A DNA stretch of 64,000 nt. Source: an uncultured Acidimicrobiia bacterium. Its GTDB lineage: Bacteria; Actinomycetota; Acidimicrobiia; Acidimicrobiales; AC-14. Location of the stretch: contig CAWIIV010000020.1 in the NCBI GenBank assembly GCA_963836205.1, positions 32,001 to 96,000 on the forward strand, written 5' to 3'. Position numbers and translations under genes: made by a program. The notes below the pieces were generated by a model. That model did not search any database. It was not told the DNA's origin and worked only from the letters and a program-made list of their open reading frames with translations. Shown here piece by piece: positions 1-10,729 of this stretch; position 1 is the stretch's first letter, and each line of letters opens with the position of its first letter.

Positions 1-796
1 GCCCGGGCAGTCGGGGACGTCGGGGCCGTACATCAGGAAGGTCATGAGCCCGGTCGGGTTCTGGCCCTCGGTCAGGGTGGCGGTGTCGAAGATGGGCGAC
101 CCGACCATGACCGGGCCCGACGCGAGGGTCGAGACGCTGGGCTGGCGCAGGCCGACGGTGGTGATCGACGTGCCCTCGTCGTCGCCGAACAGCGTCTGGG
201 ACGAGGAGGTGACGGCCGAGCCGGCGGTGGTGGCGAACTGGCGCGTCTGCAGGTCGGCCTCGGGGTCGGCGTCGGTCGTGGGCGCCTTGAGCACGTCGAA
301 CGTGAAGTCGATGAAGCACTCGGCGTTGGTCCCGGACGGTTGGAGCACGACCGGCAAAGCGGGAACGAACAGGGAGCGCCCGTTGGCGTCCGGCGCGGAG
401 ATGGTGAACGCCCTCCCCGAGCACGAGCCTCCGCTACCCGTGGCGGTGGGCGAGAGCTGGAGCACGCCGAGGTCGGGGTCGTCGCAGGAGACCGTGACGT
501 CGCCGCAGGCAGGGTTGAGGGTGATCTGGCTGAGGGTCACGGAGCCGACCCCGGAGGAGCTGTTGGCGATCTGGAGCTGGGCCGCGACGGCCGTCTGCCC
601 GACCGACACCGTGGTCGGGAAGGAGGGCATGACGACCATCCCAACCCCCGCCACCTGGGCCGATGCCGACGCGCACCAGCGGCGAGGGGACCGGCAGGAG
701 CGGCGCCAGGATGCCCAGGAGCATCCCGACGAGCACCCGCGCCGCGGCCGTGCCACCTCGGGATGGAATACGAGTGACGGACGTGCCACCAGTCAT
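1..796 (-). CDS. Secreted beta-rich (Ig-like repeat) protein, runs off the window edge; frameshift near 670
   Basis: Signal-like N-terminus MTGGTS...ARVLVGMLLGILAPLLP, continuing after a frame change as SAQVAGVGMVVMPSFPTTVSVGQ...IFDTATLTEGQNPTGLMTF (antisense of ORF 44..847). Confidence 0.55.
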
Positions 797-985
797 GGGG
801 GTCTCTCTCGGCATCGATGGGCGTTTGGCCCGGCCGGATGCCCCTAGCTGCCCCGAAGGCAGCAAACCGCCGGCGACGACGTACTTCTAAGTCGGAAGGT
901 ACACCGGTGCCTCTGCGGCCGACAGGGGCCGAACGGCCCATTTTCGACGCCCGGCTGGTTCGCCCGAACGCGCCGGCGACGTCGA

Positions 986-1195
986 TCAGGAAGGGGACGG
1001 GTCCCCCGCCGATGCCGAGGGTTCGGGGTCGCGCCCGCGGTCGCGGGTCGGCCCCCGGCCGGCCTTCCGCACCGCCTCGGCCAGGAGAAACTCGATCTGG
1101 GCGTTCACCGAGCGCAAATCGTCGGCCGCCCACCGCTCGAGCGCGGCGTAGAGGCCAGGGTCGATGCGGAGGGGGTAGGCCTTGCGGGACGCCAC
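986..1195 (-). CDS. Small ribbon-helix-helix (Arc/HicB-like) DNA-binding protein
   Basis: [34 protein letters not shown] is a typical RHH pattern; lies directly downstream of the SPFH gene. Confidence 0.8.
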   Translation of the reverse strand: MASRKAYPLRIDPGLYAALERWAADDLRSVNAQIEFLLAEAVRKAGRGPTRDRGRDPEPSASAGDPSPS

Positions 1196-1199
1196 CGGG

Positions 1200-2066
1200 C
1201 TAGGTGTAGAGGGTGCCGCTGTTCACCACCGGCTGGGCGCCCCTGTCGCTGACCAGGACGACCATGAGGTTGGACACCATGGCCGCCTTGCGCTCCTCGT
1301 CGAGCTCGACGATTCCCTGCTCGCTCAGCTGCTCGAGCGCCATCTTCACCATCCCCACCGCCCCTTCCACGATCCGGTGGCGGGCGGCCACGACCGCGTT
1401 GGCCTGCTGGCGGCGGAGCATCTCCCCCGCGATCTCGGGGGCGTAGGCCAGGTGGCGCAGGCGGGTGTCGAGCACCGCCACCCCGGCGTCGGCCAGGCGG
1501 CCCTGGAGCTCGCTCTGGAGCGTGTCCATGACCTCCTCGGCGTTGCCCTGGAGCGAGTGCGCCCCCTCCTCGTAGGCGTCGTAGGGGTACTGGCTGGCCA
1601 CGTGGCGCACCGAGCTCTCCGCCTGCACCCGCACGAAGTCGACGTAGCCCTCCACGTCGAACAGGGCCCGGGCGGTGTCGACCACCTGCCACGTGATGAC
1701 CGCCGCGATCTCGACCGGGTTGCCGGCGGCGTCGTTGACCTTGAGGACGTCGCTCTCGAAGTTGCGGATCTTGAGCGACACCCGCGAGCGGATGGTGAAG
1801 GGGTTGATCCACCAGAACCCGTCCTTGCGGACGGAACCGATGTAACGGCCGAAGAAGACCAGCACCCGCGCCTGGTTGGGCGGCACCACGATGAGCCCCC
1901 CGGCGATGATGCACGCCGCCACCACCACGAACATGAACAGGACGACCGCGCCGGGATTGCCGGCGGTGGCCACCACCAGCGCCAACGAGATCACCACCGC
2001 GGCCAGCAGCCCGATGACCACGGCGGCGCCCCGGTAGTGCCGGGCTGGACGTTCGGGCGTCGCCAT
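1200..2066 (-). CDS. SPFH/Band 7 domain membrane protein
   Basis: Two N-terminal TM helices; [33 protein letters not shown] and [13 protein letters not shown] motifs. Confidence 0.9.
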   Translation of the reverse strand: MATPERPARHYRGAAVVIGLLAAVVISLALVVATAGNPGAVVLFMFVVVAACIIAGGLIVVPPNQARVLVFFGRYIGSVRKDGFWWINPFTIRSRVSLKIRNFESDVLKVNDAAGNPVEIAAVITWQVVDTARALFDVEGYVDFVRVQAESSVRHVASQYPYDAYEEGAHSLQGNAEEVMDTLQSELQGRLADAGVAVLDTRLRHLAYAPEIAGEMLRRQQANAVVAARHRIVEGAVGMVKMALEQLSEQGIVELDEERKAAMVSNLMVVLVSDRGAQPVVNSGTLYT

Positions 2067-2170
2067 GGCACGACCTCCTCGATCAACATCCCAATGTGAT
2101 ATCAGGAACATATCACGGCGGATGGATCGGGAAGCGGCGGCCCGGGGCCCGGCCCGGCCGGGTGGGGGCG

Positions 2171-2929
2171 TCAGCGGTCGGGGGCGGTGGACAGCAGGGC
2201 GTACTCCGACACGTCGATGTACGACAGGTCGCCGATGAACGGGGAGCCGACCCGCAGGCCGATGTTGCGGGTCTCCCGCAGCACCAGGCCGGTCTCGACG
2301 TCGAACCAGTCCTCCACCACCGCCGCCCCCTTGGTGGCGCCCTCGAAGACGGTGGTCCACCGGGTGTGGCGGGCGGGGATCGACCGGCCGTCGACCTCGA
2401 TGTCCTCGTTCCCCAGGTACTCGGTGGTCTGCCGGGCCCGGGTGTCCTCGTCGTGGCACTCCCAGGCCGCCGGCTCCCCCACTTTCACGCCGGCGCCGTC
2501 GAACGACCCCCCGGAGCAGATGAAGTCCTGGGTGCCGTGCGTCCACCAGAAGGCGATGTCGGTGCCGTAGCCCACCAGCTGCTCCCCGCAGCGGTCGTAG
2601 TACTCGATGTGCTGCACCAGGAACAGCTGCTCCTCCCGGATGCCGCAGCCCTGGCGGGTGACGATCCGGTGGGTGACGGGCGTGTACGGCCGGTCGTAGT
2701 CGAGGAACGACACCCGCTCCCCACCCTTGGTGCGGTAGCGGTAGACGCCGGGCTGGGGCAGGCCCGGCGCGGGCTCGGCCGCCTCCGGCCCCGCGGCCCG
2801 GAAGCGGGCCACCGCCTCGTCGCCGTCGACGCCGTGGCGCCAGTACGTCCCCCCGATGAGGAAGGCGGGGAGGCCCACGACCACCAGGGCGGCGAGGGCG
2901 AAGAGCCGGTGGCGCACGTACGGCCTCAT
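2171..2929 (-). CDS. Hypothetical membrane-anchored exported protein
   Basis: ATG overlaps the crtB stop; N-terminal TM ([19 protein letters not shown]) followed by a beta-rich domain with four Cys. Confidence 0.7.
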   Translation of the reverse strand: MRPYVRHRLFALAALVVVGLPAFLIGGTYWRHGVDGDEAVARFRAAGPEAAEPAPGLPQPGVYRYRTKGGERVSFLDYDRPYTPVTHRIVTRQGCGIREEQLFLVQHIEYYDRCGEQLVGYGTDIAFWWTHGTQDFICSGGSFDGAGVKVGEPAAWECHDEDTRARQTTEYLGNEDIEVDGRSIPARHTRWTTVFEGATKGAAVVEDWFDVETGLVLRETRNIGLRVGSPFIGDLSYIDVSEYALLSTAPDR

Positions 2930-3801
2930 CGGGGCCGGCCGATCCGGGGCCGGGACAGGCGGAAGGCGACCGCCAGCTTCCTCCACGTGGGAACCCGCAC
3001 CCGGGACGAGAACACGTCGTAGCCGGCGGCCTCGATCTGGTCGAGGATGCCCGAGTAGAGGGCGCGGGCGCCCCGGATGCAACGGGCCGACGTCGGCGGC
3101 AGCATCGGGATCCCGATGTCGGCCGACTCGTACAGGCGCCGGTTGCGGGCGATCTCGAACGCCATCAGGTCGCGCCACGCCGGCGTCACCCGGCGGGCCC
3201 ACGGGTCGGCGTCGAACTTCCGGATGTCCTCCTGGGGGATGTAGACCCGGCCCCGGTCGAGGTCCTCGTTGACGTCGCGCAGGAAGTTCGAGAGCTGGAA
3301 GGCGTTGCCCAGGTCGCGGGCGTGCTCGAACGCCTCCGCCTCCAGCGGTTCGAGGATGGGCACCATCATCTCGCCGATCACCGCCGCCGACCCGTCCATG
3401 TAGCCGAGCAGGTCCTCCCAGGTCTCGTACGACTCGACGGTGAAGTCCATCGTCATCGAGCGCATGAACCGGCGGAAGCAGCCGGGGTCGATGTCGAACG
3501 CCTTGACCGTGTGCACCACCGCCTTGAGCACGGGGTCGTCGGACCGGCCCCGCTCGAGATCGGCGAAGAAGCGGTCGCCGAAGTCGGCCATCGCCTGCCG
3601 GCGGACCTCGGGCGGGGCGGTGGAGCCGAGGTCGTCGACGATGTCGTCGGCGTACCGGCAGAACCCGTACAGGGCGTGCACGTGGTGGCGCTTGACCCGT
3701 GGCAGCAGGAACGTCGACCAGTAGTAGGTGGTGCCGTAGCGCTTGTTGAGCCGGCGGCAGCGCTCGTAGGAGTCCTCCAGGGTGAGGACGGGCCCGGTCA
3801 C
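2926..3801 (-). CDS. crtB: Phytoene/squalene synthase
   Basis: [46 protein letters not shown] motifs. Confidence 0.9.
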   Translation of the reverse strand: MTGPVLTLEDSYERCRRLNKRYGTTYYWSTFLLPRVKRHHVHALYGFCRYADDIVDDLGSTAPPEVRRQAMADFGDRFFADLERGRSDDPVLKAVVHTVKAFDIDPGCFRRFMRSMTMDFTVESYETWEDLLGYMDGSAAVIGEMMVPILEPLEAEAFEHARDLGNAFQLSNFLRDVNEDLDRGRVYIPQEDIRKFDADPWARRVTPAWRDLMAFEIARNRRLYESADIGIPMLPPTSARCIRGARALYSGILDQIEAAGYDVFSSRVRVPTWRKLAVAFRLSRPRIGRPR

Positions 3802-5279
3802 CGCTTCATCCTCTCCACCCGGTCGGCAGCCAACCGTCCCGAGAGGAGCACCATGGGCACGCCGACGCCGGGAACCGTCCCCGAGCCGACGAAGACCACG
3901 CCCGGCGCCCGGTCGGTGACGTTGCCGGGGCGGAAGGGCCCGGTCTGGAAGAAGTCGTGGGACAGGGCGAAGGGCGTCCCCCGGGCCATCCCCATCCGCA
4001 GCCACCCGGGGGGGTCGACGAAGCGCTCGACCTCGACGTCATCGACGGGGTACCCGAGGCTGGCCACCTTGGCCGTCAGCCGGTCGCGCAGGCGGGCGCC
4101 GTCGCGGGCCCAGTCGACCTTGCCGTCGAGGTTGGGCATGGGTTCGAGGACGTAGAGCGAGGTGCGGCCGGGCGGGGCGAGGGACGGGTCGGTGACGGTG
4201 GGGCTGGTGACGAGGATCGACGGGTCGTCCATGGGGACTCCCCGGCCCAGGAGGTTCTCGAACGCACCTTCCCACGCCGGCCCGAAGTGGATGTTGTGGT
4301 GGGCGGCACCCTCGGGCAGCCCGCCCTGCACGCCCGCCAGCCACACCGAGCACGACGGGGAGTAGGTGCCCTTGCGGGCCGAGCGGGGCGGGGCCACGTC
4401 GGGCAGCAGCTCGGCGTAGGCCACCGGCAGGTCGGGGTTGAGGACGACGGCGTCGGCGTGGATCACCTCGCCGCCGGCCAGGCGCACGCCGGTGACCCGG
4501 CTGCCGGGCGTGGGGAAACCGGGCCGCAGCAGGCCCTCGACGGTGGTGCCGTAGCGGAAGCCGGCCCCCGCCTTCTCCGCCGCGGTGGCCAGGCCCCGGG
4601 AGATGGCGTGCATGCCGCCCAGGGGGAAGTACACGCCCTCCACCGTGTCCATGTAGGTGATGACGCAGTACAGGGCCAGCGCCTCGAACGGGGACAGCCC
4701 CGCGTACATGGCCTGGAAGCTGAAGATCTGCTGGAGCCGGGGGTCGGAGAAGTACGACTCGACCACCGCGTTGAGCTTGCGGAAGCCGCCCATCCGGACC
4801 AGGCGGATGATCGGGCCGAGGGGCCAGGCCAGGTCGAGGGGCGAGTCGAAGTTGCGGTCGATGAAGTTGGGCAGCTCGAGCTTGTACAGGCGGGCGAGCC
4901 AGTCACAGAAGCGCCCGAACGCCTCCGCCTCGGCCGCCCCGGCCAGGTCGCGGATCTCGGCCTGCATGCGGCCACGGTCGTGCCACACCCGCAGTTGGCT
5001 GCCGTCGGCGAAGCAGGCCCGGTACATGGGGTCGACGGGGACGAGGGTGAGGTGGTCGGCCATGTCCTCGCCCGCGGCGGCGAACACGCCGGCCAGGATC
5101 CCCGTCATGGTGAGGACGCTGGGCCCGGTGTCGAACCGGTAGCCGCCGGCCTCGAACAGCCCCGCCCGTCCCCCGGGGACGTCGGCCTTCTCCACCACCT
5201 CCACGTGGTGGCCCCGACCGGCCAGATGACACGCGGCCGACAGCCCGCCCAGACCCGCTCCGACAACGACCACGTGCAT
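3798..5279 (-). CDS. crtI: Phytoene desaturase
   Basis: VVVGAGLGGL FAD motif, FDTGPSVLTM, C-terminal GTVPGVGVPMVLLSG. Confidence 0.9.
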   Translation of the reverse strand: MHVVVVGAGLGGLSAACHLAGRGHHVEVVEKADVPGGRAGLFEAGGYRFDTGPSVLTMTGILAGVFAAAGEDMADHLTLVPVDPMYRACFADGSQLRVWHDRGRMQAEIRDLAGAAEAEAFGRFCDWLARLYKLELPNFIDRNFDSPLDLAWPLGPIIRLVRMGGFRKLNAVVESYFSDPRLQQIFSFQAMYAGLSPFEALALYCVITYMDTVEGVYFPLGGMHAISRGLATAAEKAGAGFRYGTTVEGLLRPGFPTPGSRVTGVRLAGGEVIHADAVVLNPDLPVAYAELLPDVAPPRSARKGTYSPSCSVWLAGVQGGLPEGAAHHNIHFGPAWEGAFENLLGRGVPMDDPSILVTSPTVTDPSLAPPGRTSLYVLEPMPNLDGKVDWARDGARLRDRLTAKVASLGYPVDDVEVERFVDPPGWLRMGMARGTPFALSHDFFQTGPFRPGNVTDRAPGVVFVGSGTVPGVGVPMVLLSGRLAADRVERMKR

Positions 5280-5290
5280 CGGGCTCGAAC

Positions 5291-6028
5291 CTACTGGGCG
5301 ACCCGGACGATGTAGGTGCGGACGGCAGCCGTCCGGCCGTCGATCATCGACGCGTAGGTGCAGGTGAGGGTGGCCGCACCCGCGCCGCGGGCGACCACGC
5401 GCACCCGCTGGCACGGCATCTCGCCCCCCTCGAACTGGTTCTCGACGATGGTCAGCAGGTCGCCCACCACGTCGAGTCGCCACTCGTAACCCGGTACCGG
5501 CGTGGCCGCGACCCGGATCTCGAGCTCCTCGCCGGCGACGGCGGTGACGAACTTCATCGACTGCTCGATACCGGCCGACGGGGCCACCGTGATCGGGGAT
5601 GTCGCCGGCGGCGCGTCGCTCGCGCCCGCGGGGCGCTCCTCCAGGGACGGATCCCATGCGTCTGGCGGCGGCCGGGCTTCCTCCGAGACCAGGATCCAAC
5701 CGTCCTCCTCGACCACGTCGTGGACGGGCAGGTACTTCGGCTTGAGCTTCCACAGGTTCTCGGGCCTGGCGTCCCGGGTGGGAAAGACGTTGGCCCCGGT
5801 GGTGGCGTCGTACTGGTAGCCGTGGCGGGGGCAGCGCATGACCCGCTCGTGGAGGGTGGCGTCGTCGAGCGGGGTCACCTGGTGGGGGCACGAGGGGGCG
5901 AACGCCACCAGCCGGCCGTCGGTCAGGCGGGCCACCATCACGTGGCCGTCGCCCATCCGCACGCGCCGGATCTGGGTGCCGGCCCCCTCGCCGGCGGGCA
6001 GCTCGTCGCTCCTCAGGGCCTTGAACAC
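5291..6028 (-). CDS. Rieske [2Fe-2S] ferredoxin fused to a C-terminal chagasin/I42-like Ig domain
   Basis: CPHQ...CPRHG Rieske ligands; Pro-rich linker; C-terminal GEELEIRVAATPVPGYEW resembles chagasin NPTTGYxW. Confidence 0.7.
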   Translation of the reverse strand: MFKALRSDELPAGEGAGTQIRRVRMGDGHVMVARLTDGRLVAFAPSCPHQVTPLDDATLHERVMRCPRHGYQYDATTGANVFPTRDARPENLWKLKPKYLPVHDVVEEDGWILVSEEARPPPDAWDPSLEERPAGASDAPPATSPITVAPSAGIEQSMKFVTAVAGEELEIRVAATPVPGYEWRLDVVGDLLTIVENQFEGGEMPCQRVRVVARGAGAATLTCTYASMIDGRTAAVRTYIVRVAQ

Positions 6029-6146
6029 GGTCAGCCCCCTGTCCAGCCGGTGAAGGATTCGGGCGGAGCGATGCGAGCTGGTGACGGAGTCGGTCGCCAG
6101 GCGACGGAAAGTGCCACCGGTTGGGACTGGGCCTTGGCCTGGGCGC

Positions 6147-7214
6147 TCAGCGGTCGCGGCCGGCGACGTAGTAGGCCAGCTCGGCCAGGGCGGCGGCGGC
6201 CTCGTCCGACAGGGGCGCCTGGTCGAGGGCGATGACGGCCGTCTCCACCAGGGCGTCGATGCGGATCTCCAGCTGCTTGACCGCGCCGGTGTCGACCAGG
6301 ATCTCCTGGAGGGCGACGATGTCGTCGTCGGTGAGATCGTCGGCCCCGTAGCGGTCGAGGGCCGTCCGCGACCCCCCGACGGCCTCCGCGGCCAGCGCGT
6401 AGAGGACGGTGGGCTTGCCCTCGCGCAGGTCCTCCCCCACCGGCTTGCCGGTGACGGTGTCGTCGCCGAACACGCCCAGGAGGTCGTCGCGGAGCTGGAA
6501 GGCCTCGCCCAGGGGTAGCCCGAAGGCACTCAGGGGGCCACCCAGCTCGGGCAGGCGTCCGGCGAGGGCGGCGCCCAGGTGCAGGGGGCGCTCGATGGTG
6601 TACTTGCCCGACTTGAACCGGCAGATGCGGCGGGCGGCATCCTCCGCCACCCGGCCCCGGGCGGTGCCGACCAGATCGAGGTACTGGCCCACGTTGACCT
6701 CGATGCGCAGCTCGGTGAACACCTCGAGGGCCGCCTTGGGGGCGCCGGCCAGCAGCTGGTCGGCATAGACGAAGGCCAGGTCGCCGACCAGGATGGCGAC
6801 GCCCTCGCCGAAGCGGCGGCCCTCGCCCCGCCACCCTTCGAGGGCGTGGCGGGCCTCGAACTGGACGTGGATGGTGTCCATCGCCCGCCTGGTGGACGAG
6901 CCGTCCATGATGTCGTCGTGGATGAGGGCGAACGTGTGGAGCAGCTCCAGCGCCGCACCCGCGTCGACCACCTTCAGGTCGGTGGGGTCGCCCCCGGCCC
7001 CCACGAAGGCCCAGTGGCAGAACGCGGGCCGAAGGCGCTTGCCGCCCGCCAGCACCAGCTCCCGGAGGGCCTCGAAGGGCTCGATCAGCTCGGCGTCGAC
7101 CGCCGCCCATCGGGCCAGCTCCTCGTCGAGCACGGCCCGGACGCGGTCTTCGACCCGGGCCGCGATCACGCTCAGGCTGGGCGGGGCGGCCGCCGAGCGG
7201 GGGACGACCTGCAT
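6147..7214 (-). CDS. crtE: Polyprenyl (GGPP) synthase
   Basis: GGKRLRP, LIHDDIMD..RR, GQYLD, FQLRDD motifs; adjacent to crtI/crtB. Confidence 0.85.
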   Translation of the reverse strand: MQVVPRSAAAPPSLSVIAARVEDRVRAVLDEELARWAAVDAELIEPFEALRELVLAGGKRLRPAFCHWAFVGAGGDPTDLKVVDAGAALELLHTFALIHDDIMDGSSTRRAMDTIHVQFEARHALEGWRGEGRRFGEGVAILVGDLAFVYADQLLAGAPKAALEVFTELRIEVNVGQYLDLVGTARGRVAEDAARRICRFKSGKYTIERPLHLGAALAGRLPELGGPLSAFGLPLGEAFQLRDDLLGVFGDDTVTGKPVGEDLREGKPTVLYALAAEAVGGSRTALDRYGADDLTDDDIVALQEILVDTGAVKQLEIRIDALVETAVIALDQAPLSDEAAAALAELAYYVAGRDR

Positions 7215-8128
7215 CAACCCGTCCCCACGGCCGACTCGAGCGGCGGAGGCGGTGACGGAGGCGGTGGTGGTGCCGAGCCCGCCCGGCGGGCGGACGCCCG
7301 CTCGACCCGGGCCGCGATGGCGAAGCCGATGACGGCACCCACCCCCAGCACGACCACTCCCCCGACGGCGTCGAGGACGAAGTGGTTGGCGGTGACCACT
7401 ATGGCGAACAGCGTGAAGACGGGGTAGATCACCATGGCCGCCTTGGCCCAGGTCGATTTGAGCGCCGGCACCAGCACCAGCGTGCACCACATCGCCCATG
7501 CGAAGTGGAGGCTGGGCATGGCCGCGTACTGGTTGGAGATCTTGCTCATGGCCCCGGAGTCGAACGACCACAGGCTGCCGTAGACCCGCAGGGTGTCGAC
7601 GTACCCGTGCGCCGCCGGCAGCAGACGGGGGGGCATGAGCGGGTAGGTGGCGAAGCCGATCAGGGCCAGGGCGGTGGTGGCGGCGAGGGTGTTGCGCCAC
7701 CGGCGGTAGCGGGCGGGGAAGCGGCGGAACAGCCAGACCAGGGCGAAGATGGTGACGAAGAAGTGGAACGTGCCGTAGAACAGGTTCCAGAACTCGATGA
7801 AGCCGTCCCAGGCCAGGAAGCGCTGCTGGACGGCCTCCTCGTGGTACATGCCCAGCAGCTTCTCCCAGCGGATCACCCGCAGGGCGTTGCGCAGGGCCCG
7901 GGCCTCGGACACCACGGCCGAGCCCTGGGTGTTCCGCACCACGCTGTAGACGGCGTAGAAGGCCAGGATGAGGCCCAATTCCTTCCACCAGCGGAGGCCC
8001 CGCCGGGCGGCCCGGTCGTCGGAGGCCCGTTCGACGTCCGCGGGCGCCGGGGTGGGGGGTACCGGATCGGCGGGCGCCGGGTCGCCGGGTGCCGCGTCGT
8101 CGGTGTCGGGGTCGAGCCCGGCGGTCAC
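7214..8128 (-). CDS. PAP2_3/Aur1-like membrane phosphotransferase
   Basis: YPLMPPR, NQYAAMPSLH, VVTANHFVLDA motifs; multiple TMs. Confidence 0.85.
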   Translation of the reverse strand: MTAGLDPDTDDAAPGDPAPADPVPPTPAPADVERASDDRAARRGLRWWKELGLILAFYAVYSVVRNTQGSAVVSEARALRNALRVIRWEKLLGMYHEEAVQQRFLAWDGFIEFWNLFYGTFHFFVTIFALVWLFRRFPARYRRWRNTLAATTALALIGFATYPLMPPRLLPAAHGYVDTLRVYGSLWSFDSGAMSKISNQYAAMPSLHFAWAMWCTLVLVPALKSTWAKAAMVIYPVFTLFAIVVTANHFVLDAVGGVVVLGVGAVIGFAIAARVERASARRAGSAPPPPPSPPPPLESAVGTG

Positions 8129-9180
8129 GCCACCGCTCGGAGCGGGCGGGGGCCCACTGCGAACGCCGGCGCGCCGAGGAGGCTGACCACCAGGTTCATC
8201 CCGTACAGCAGCAGTCCGAGGGCGACGGCCTGGCCGGTGGCCACCCCGAGGGGAGCCAGCAGGAGCACCAGCGCCCCTTCCCGCAGCCCCAGCCCGTTCA
8301 CCGACAGGGGCAGGACCTGGGCGATGGCCACGATGGGCACGAATGCCATGGCCGCCGACCAGCCCATGTTGAGCCCCAGGGCGTGGCCCGCGGCCCATGC
8401 CGCCAGCACGATCGTGAGCTGGTAGGCCAGGGCCGCCACCAGCACCGACGCGGCCTGGCCCGGGTGCCGGCGCATGCGGTCGATCCCGAGGTGGACGGCG
8501 CCCAGGAATCCGAGCCAGTTGGCGTGCCCCGCCAGGCGGGCCCCGAGCCGGGCGTTGCCCGCCACCAGGAGGATCACGGCCAGCACGGCCAGGGTGCCGA
8601 GGGACAGGCCCAAGGCCAGATGGCTGGCGGTGCCCAGGTGGAGGAGGCTGGGGTTGCCGACGAGGGCGACCAGCGTGATGAAGGGCAGGACCACGAAGCC
8701 GGTGAGGCGCTCCAGCACCACCGAGGCGAACGACTCGGGGGGATGCCCGTTGCCGGCCGACAGCCGGGTGACCCGCAGGACGTCGCCACCCACCGTGCTG
8801 GGCAGGAAGTTGGAGACGAAGACCCCGGCCAGCACGTGGTTGAGGAGGGTGTGCAGGTCGGACGGCAGGTCGAGGGCCCGCAGGACCCGCTGCCACCGGA
8901 GGGTGGCCAGGATCACGGCGCCGAACGTGACCGCCACGCCGGTGAGCACCCAGGTCCAACTCGACAGCTCGTCGATGGGGTTGAGCACCGACAGGTCGAA
9001 CCGGGTGAGGAGGAACCCGAGCATGGTGACGCTCGCCGCCACCCGCAGGCCGAGAAAGATGCGGGCCCGCTTGACCGATTTGGGTCGACCAGGGACAGGC
9101 GGGACGGCCTCGGGGTCGGCGACGCCCCGCTCGAGGGACCCTTCACCCGCGCCGAGGCTTCTTCCCGACCGGCCGCTCAT
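8125..9180 (-). CDS. Lysylphosphatidylglycerol synthase TM-domain (UPF0104, flippase-like) protein
   Basis: RWQRVL, SNFLPSTVGGDVLR, LPLSVNGLGLRE; true start may be somewhat downstream. Confidence 0.85.
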   Translation of the reverse strand: MSGRSGRSLGAGEGSLERGVADPEAVPPVPGRPKSVKRARIFLGLRVAASVTMLGFLLTRFDLSVLNPIDELSSWTWVLTGVAVTFGAVILATLRWQRVLRALDLPSDLHTLLNHVLAGVFVSNFLPSTVGGDVLRVTRLSAGNGHPPESFASVVLERLTGFVVLPFITLVALVGNPSLLHLGTASHLALGLSLGTLAVLAVILLVAGNARLGARLAGHANWLGFLGAVHLGIDRMRRHPGQAASVLVAALAYQLTIVLAAWAAGHALGLNMGWSAAMAFVPIVAIAQVLPLSVNGLGLREGALVLLLAPLGVATGQAVALGLLLYGMNLVVSLLGAPAFAVGPRPLRAVA

Positions 9181-9307
9181 CCCTTAAGCCTACGCACTGG
9201 ACAGGGGAAATGTTCCCGATACGGTGCCGCCGCCGGTGGGGGCGACCGGGCTGCCGACTAGCGCGGCCCACGCCGTACCATGGCCAACCATGCCGACCGA
9301 CGATCCG

Positions 9308-10729
9308 ATGCTCGACGAGGCCGTGGTCCAGCGGGTGCTGGGGGTGGCGCTGCGCACCGGTGGCGACTTCGCCGAGGTCTTCGCCGAGGACCGGCGGTCG
9401 TCGTCCGCCCGCCTCGACGACGGCAAGGTGGAAGAGCTCACATCCGGCCGTAGTCGTGGGGCCGGCATCCGGGTGGTGGTGGGCGACACCACTGGCTTCG
9501 CTCACACGTCCGACCTCAGCGAGTCCGGCCTCGCCGCCGCCGCCCAGGTGGCGTCGGCCGCAGCCCGGGGCGGTGGAGGCGGCGTGCGGGAGGTCGCGCT
9601 CACCCGATCCGAGCACGGACGCCGCCAGTCCGATGCCGAGATCCTGCCCCAGGACGTCCCCAAGGCCGACAAGGTCGAGCTCCTCCGTCGGGCCGACGAT
9701 GCCGCCCGGTCCGAGGGCAGCCGGTCCGAGGGCGGCCGCTCCGAGGGGGGCGGCGTCCGCCAGGTGGGCGTGTCCTACGGCGACAGCCGACGACGGATCA
9801 TGGTGGCCAACAGCGACGGCCTCCTGGCGGGCGACGACCAGGTGCGCACCCGGTTCATGGTCTCGGCCGTGGCGGCCGGCGACAGCGGCATGCAGACCGG
9901 CTACGAGGGCCCCGGCGGCACCGTCGGCTTCGAGTTCTACGACGGGGTCGACGTGGCCGAGGTGGCCCGCACCGCCGCCCGCCGGGCGCTCGACATGCTC
10001 AAGGCCCGACCCGCGCCGAGTGGACGACTGCCGGTCGTCTTGAAGCGGGGCGCCGGCGGCGTGCTGTTCCACGAGGCGTGCGGCCACGGCCTGGAGGCCG
10101 ACCTTGTCGGTCGCGATGCCTCCGTGTTCCGGGGCCAGGTGGGCACCATGGTCGCCAGTCCCCTCGTCACCCTGGTCGACGACGGCACCTACGCCAAGGA
10201 GTGGGGCACCTACGCCATCGACGACGAGGGCCACCCCGCCCGCCGCAACACCCTCATCGAGAACGGCCGGCTCACCGACTACATGTGGGACCTGCTGCGG
10301 GCCCGCAAGGAGGGCCGGGAGTCGTCGGGCAACGGCCGCCGCCAGAGCTACCAGCACCTGCCGATGGTGCGGATGACCAACACCTACGTGCTGGCCGGGG
10401 AGGACGATCCCGAGGAGATCATCCGCCAGACGCCGCACGGCATCTACTGCGTGCAGCTGGGCGGGGGGTCGGTCAACACCGCCACCGGCGACTTCGTGTT
10501 CGGGATGACCGAGGCCTACATGATCGAGAACGGCGAGGTCACCGAGCCTGTCCGGGCGGCCAACCTCATCGGCAACGGCCCCGACGTCCTCCGCTCGATC
10601 GACGCGGTGGGCAACGACTTCGACACCTGGGCCGGCACCTGCGGCAAGGACGGCCAGGGGGTGCCGGTGTCGGCCGGCCAGCCCACGCTGCGAGTCTCGG
10701 GCATGACCGTCGGCGGGACGGCCAAGTGA
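9308..10729 (+). CDS. tldD: TldD metalloprotease
   Basis: GGDFAEVFAE, FHEACGHGLEAD, PMVRMTNT, CGKDGQGVPV. Confidence 0.92.
   Translation: MLDEAVVQRVLGVALRTGGDFAEVFAEDRRSSSARLDDGKVEELTSGRSRGAGIRVVVGDTTGFAHTSDLSESGLAAAAQVASAAARGGGGGVREVALTRSEHGRRQSDAEILPQDVPKADKVELLRRADDAARSEGSRSEGGRSEGGGVRQVGVSYGDSRRRIMVANSDGLLAGDDQVRTRFMVSAVAAGDSGMQTGYEGPGGTVGFEFYDGVDVAEVARTAARRALDMLKARPAPSGRLPVVLKRGAGGVLFHEACGHGLEADLVGRDASVFRGQVGTMVASPLVTLVDDGTYAKEWGTYAIDDEGHPARRNTLIENGRLTDYMWDLLRARKEGRESSGNGRRQSYQHLPMVRMTNTYVLAGEDDPEEIIRQTPHGIYCVQLGGGSVNTATGDFVFGMTEAYMIENGEVTEPVRAANLIGNGPDVLRSIDAVGNDFDTWAGTCGKDGQGVPVSAGQPTLRVSGMTVGGTAK

Noticed and set aside
986-2066. HicB-like toxin-antitoxin module
   Set aside because: No toxin gene; RHH downstream of SPFH is a common gene pair.
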